NCBI GenBank assembly: GCA_001800245.1
Contig: MGVA01000059.1
Span: 1,810 to 65,809 of the forward strand
Source: Elusimicrobia bacterium RIFOXYA12_FULL_51_18
GTDB taxonomy: Bacteria; Elusimicrobiota; Elusimicrobia; Elusimicrobiales; UBA9959
Direction of reading: 5' to 3'
DNA: 64,000 nt
Shown: piece by piece, positions 62,959 through 64,000 of the stretch
How the letters are laid out: each line of letters starts with the position of its first letter
Position numbering within the stretch: the stretch's first letter is position 1
Made by a program: the position numbers and the translations under genes
Notes under the pieces: generated by a model
Database searches by the model: none
What the model saw: only the letters and a program-made list of their open reading frames with translations
Told to the model about the DNA's origin: nothing

Positions 62959-63942
62959 TTTGCTGCCGTGGTTTTCAATAAGTTCACGTGATACTTTCAA
63001 TCCCAAGCCGAAGCCTTTGGCCGCATGTTTGCCCTGACTGGTACGGTAAAAACCGGAGAATATAGCGCTCAGGTCATTCTTGTCTATCCCGGGACCGGTA
63101 TCTTCTATGGATACCCTTGCCATATTGGCAGGGTAGTCTTCCATCTTTATGGCTACTATAATGTGGCCACCGGTTGGGGTATATTTAATGGCGTTTCCAA
63201 TAAGGTTCCCCATAACCAGGGAGAGAGCGTCTGGGTCTGCTTCCAGGGGGATGGGTATATCCGGGAAATCAGTGATTATTTCCACACCTTTTTCTTCACC
63301 CAGCGGCTTAATAATATCTAGGGAGTGTTTGACTATTTCGCGCAGTTTGATCGGTTTTCGCTCCAGCGTAAATTTCCCGGCGTCCAAGCGGGCGTTCGCA
63401 AGGAATGTTTTCACTGTGCGGGTCATCGCCCGGTGTGTTTGTGTCAGAATCCCATACAGTTTGCGCCGATGTTCGGATATATTGTCGCCGTCATCCTCTT
63501 CAAGAAGAGTGGATGCCAGGTTTATGCTGACCAGCGAGTTGTTGAACTCATGGCTGACTATGGACATCATTTCCGCCTTTAGTTTTGATGATGTCAACGC
63601 ATCTCTTAATGCCATCCTCAAACGTACGAGGAGGACGCCGGAAATGAGAAAAAAGCTCGCTCTGACCAGTGCGTTCCAATAAGGGATAAGGTGATGGGGA
63701 TAAGTTTTTCCGCCCAGTACCGTGTCCATAATAAGCCAGATGGTTGCGGCGATAAGGGAGGCTACAATCGCAAATGTCTCATCGGTGTGCCACGCGGTAA
63801 ATAGAACTGGGACAAGGTAAAAAATGGAAAAACTGATGTCCGTTCCCGTGACGTGGTCTAGATATGCCACCACGCACAACATTAAAATGCCGACTATGAT
63901 GGTGCGATACCGGTGTATATCGAAATACGCAGACAAAATCAT
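62884..63942 (-). CDS. Membrane sensor histidine kinase
   Basis: Four N-terminal TM helices. H-box MMSIVSHEFNNSLVSI. HATPase motifs GNLIGNAIKYTPTGG, EDTGPGID and GFGLGLKVSRELIE. Confidence 0.8.
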   Translation of the reverse strand: MILSAYFDIHRYRTIIVGILMLCVVAYLDHVTGTDISFSIFYLVPVLFTAWHTDETFAIVASLIAATIWLIMDTVLGGKTYPHHLIPYWNALVRASFFLISGVLLVRLRMALRDALTSSKLKAEMMSIVSHEFNNSLVSINLASTLLEEDDGDNISEHRRKLYGILTQTHRAMTRTVKTFLANARLDAGKFTLERKPIKLREIVKHSLDIIKPLGEEKGVEIITDFPDIPIPLEADPDALSLVMGNLIGNAIKYTPTGGHIIVAIKMEDYPANMARVSIEDTGPGIDKNDLSAIFSGFYRTSQGKHAAKGFGLGLKVSRELIENHGSKLLVESTPGHGAKFYFTLPVTKVLQ

Positions 63943-64000
63943 TCTCCCTCCTACGCTAATGCGGCATCAATAGTCTACCAAAATCGGATGTTGCTTTTGC

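Noticed and set aside
1-64000. Looked for CRISPR arrays, rRNA and tRNA genes, and for IS transposases or integrases.
   Set aside because: No regularly spaced direct repeats were found. No rRNA-like conserved blocks and no cloverleaf-compatible GGTTCGA(A/T)TCC T-arms were seen. No ORF had DDE, serine-recombinase or tyrosine-recombinase motifs. The repeats found are single or paired intergenic elements, not arrays.

Overview
The window is 64 kb from a moderately GC-rich, apparently diderm and anaerobe-like bacterium. It encodes OM beta-barrels, a LolA-like protein, ferredoxin, NifX-like, CGGC and DUF134 proteins. No rRNA, tRNA or CRISPR array was found. All family names come from reading motifs in the translations; no database search was possible.

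The left ~37 kb looks mostly like core or shell genome:
- a tail-fibre-like S74-domain protein cut by the window edge;
- a tightly coupled six-gene operon of unknown function (secreted protein, permease, HyuA-like ATPase, TIM-like protein, DUF4127, FAD oxidoreductase);
- an ABC-2 exporter;
- a minus-strand operon running cyclase-like, surE, two paralogous secreted proteins, a membrane protein, a CoA-binding protein and pcm;
- gnd-zwf-pgl;
- a TPR gene preceded by a clear satP/yaaH N-terminal remnant, with a weaker possible second remnant after it;
- a porin;
- yjcH-actP next to a large Cache-PAS-CBS-DUF294 nucleotidyltransferase sensor.

From 37.9 to 47.3 kb lies a redox and metalloid island. 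It holds an ECF sigma module, a His-rich metal transporter, arsR-arsM-arsC-acr3, and arsR-permease-thioredoxin-DGC-CcdA. An htrA / histidine kinase / decayed hsp20 group follows.

The right third (51-64 kb) is the most unusual part:
- a graveyard of gene fragments;
- a ~690-nt non-coding, hairpin-dense, largely GC-rich tract ending in a minus-strand terminator;
- a DUF134-ABC-LolA-like-OMP-NifX-CGGC operon;
- a repeated HTH-gene module (two intact copies under purifying selection plus one 5' stub) that separates opposite-strand cargo cassettes, including RhuM + DUF4037.

A three-member intergenic hairpin motif family (15.7, 24.4 and 37.7 kb) is also reported.
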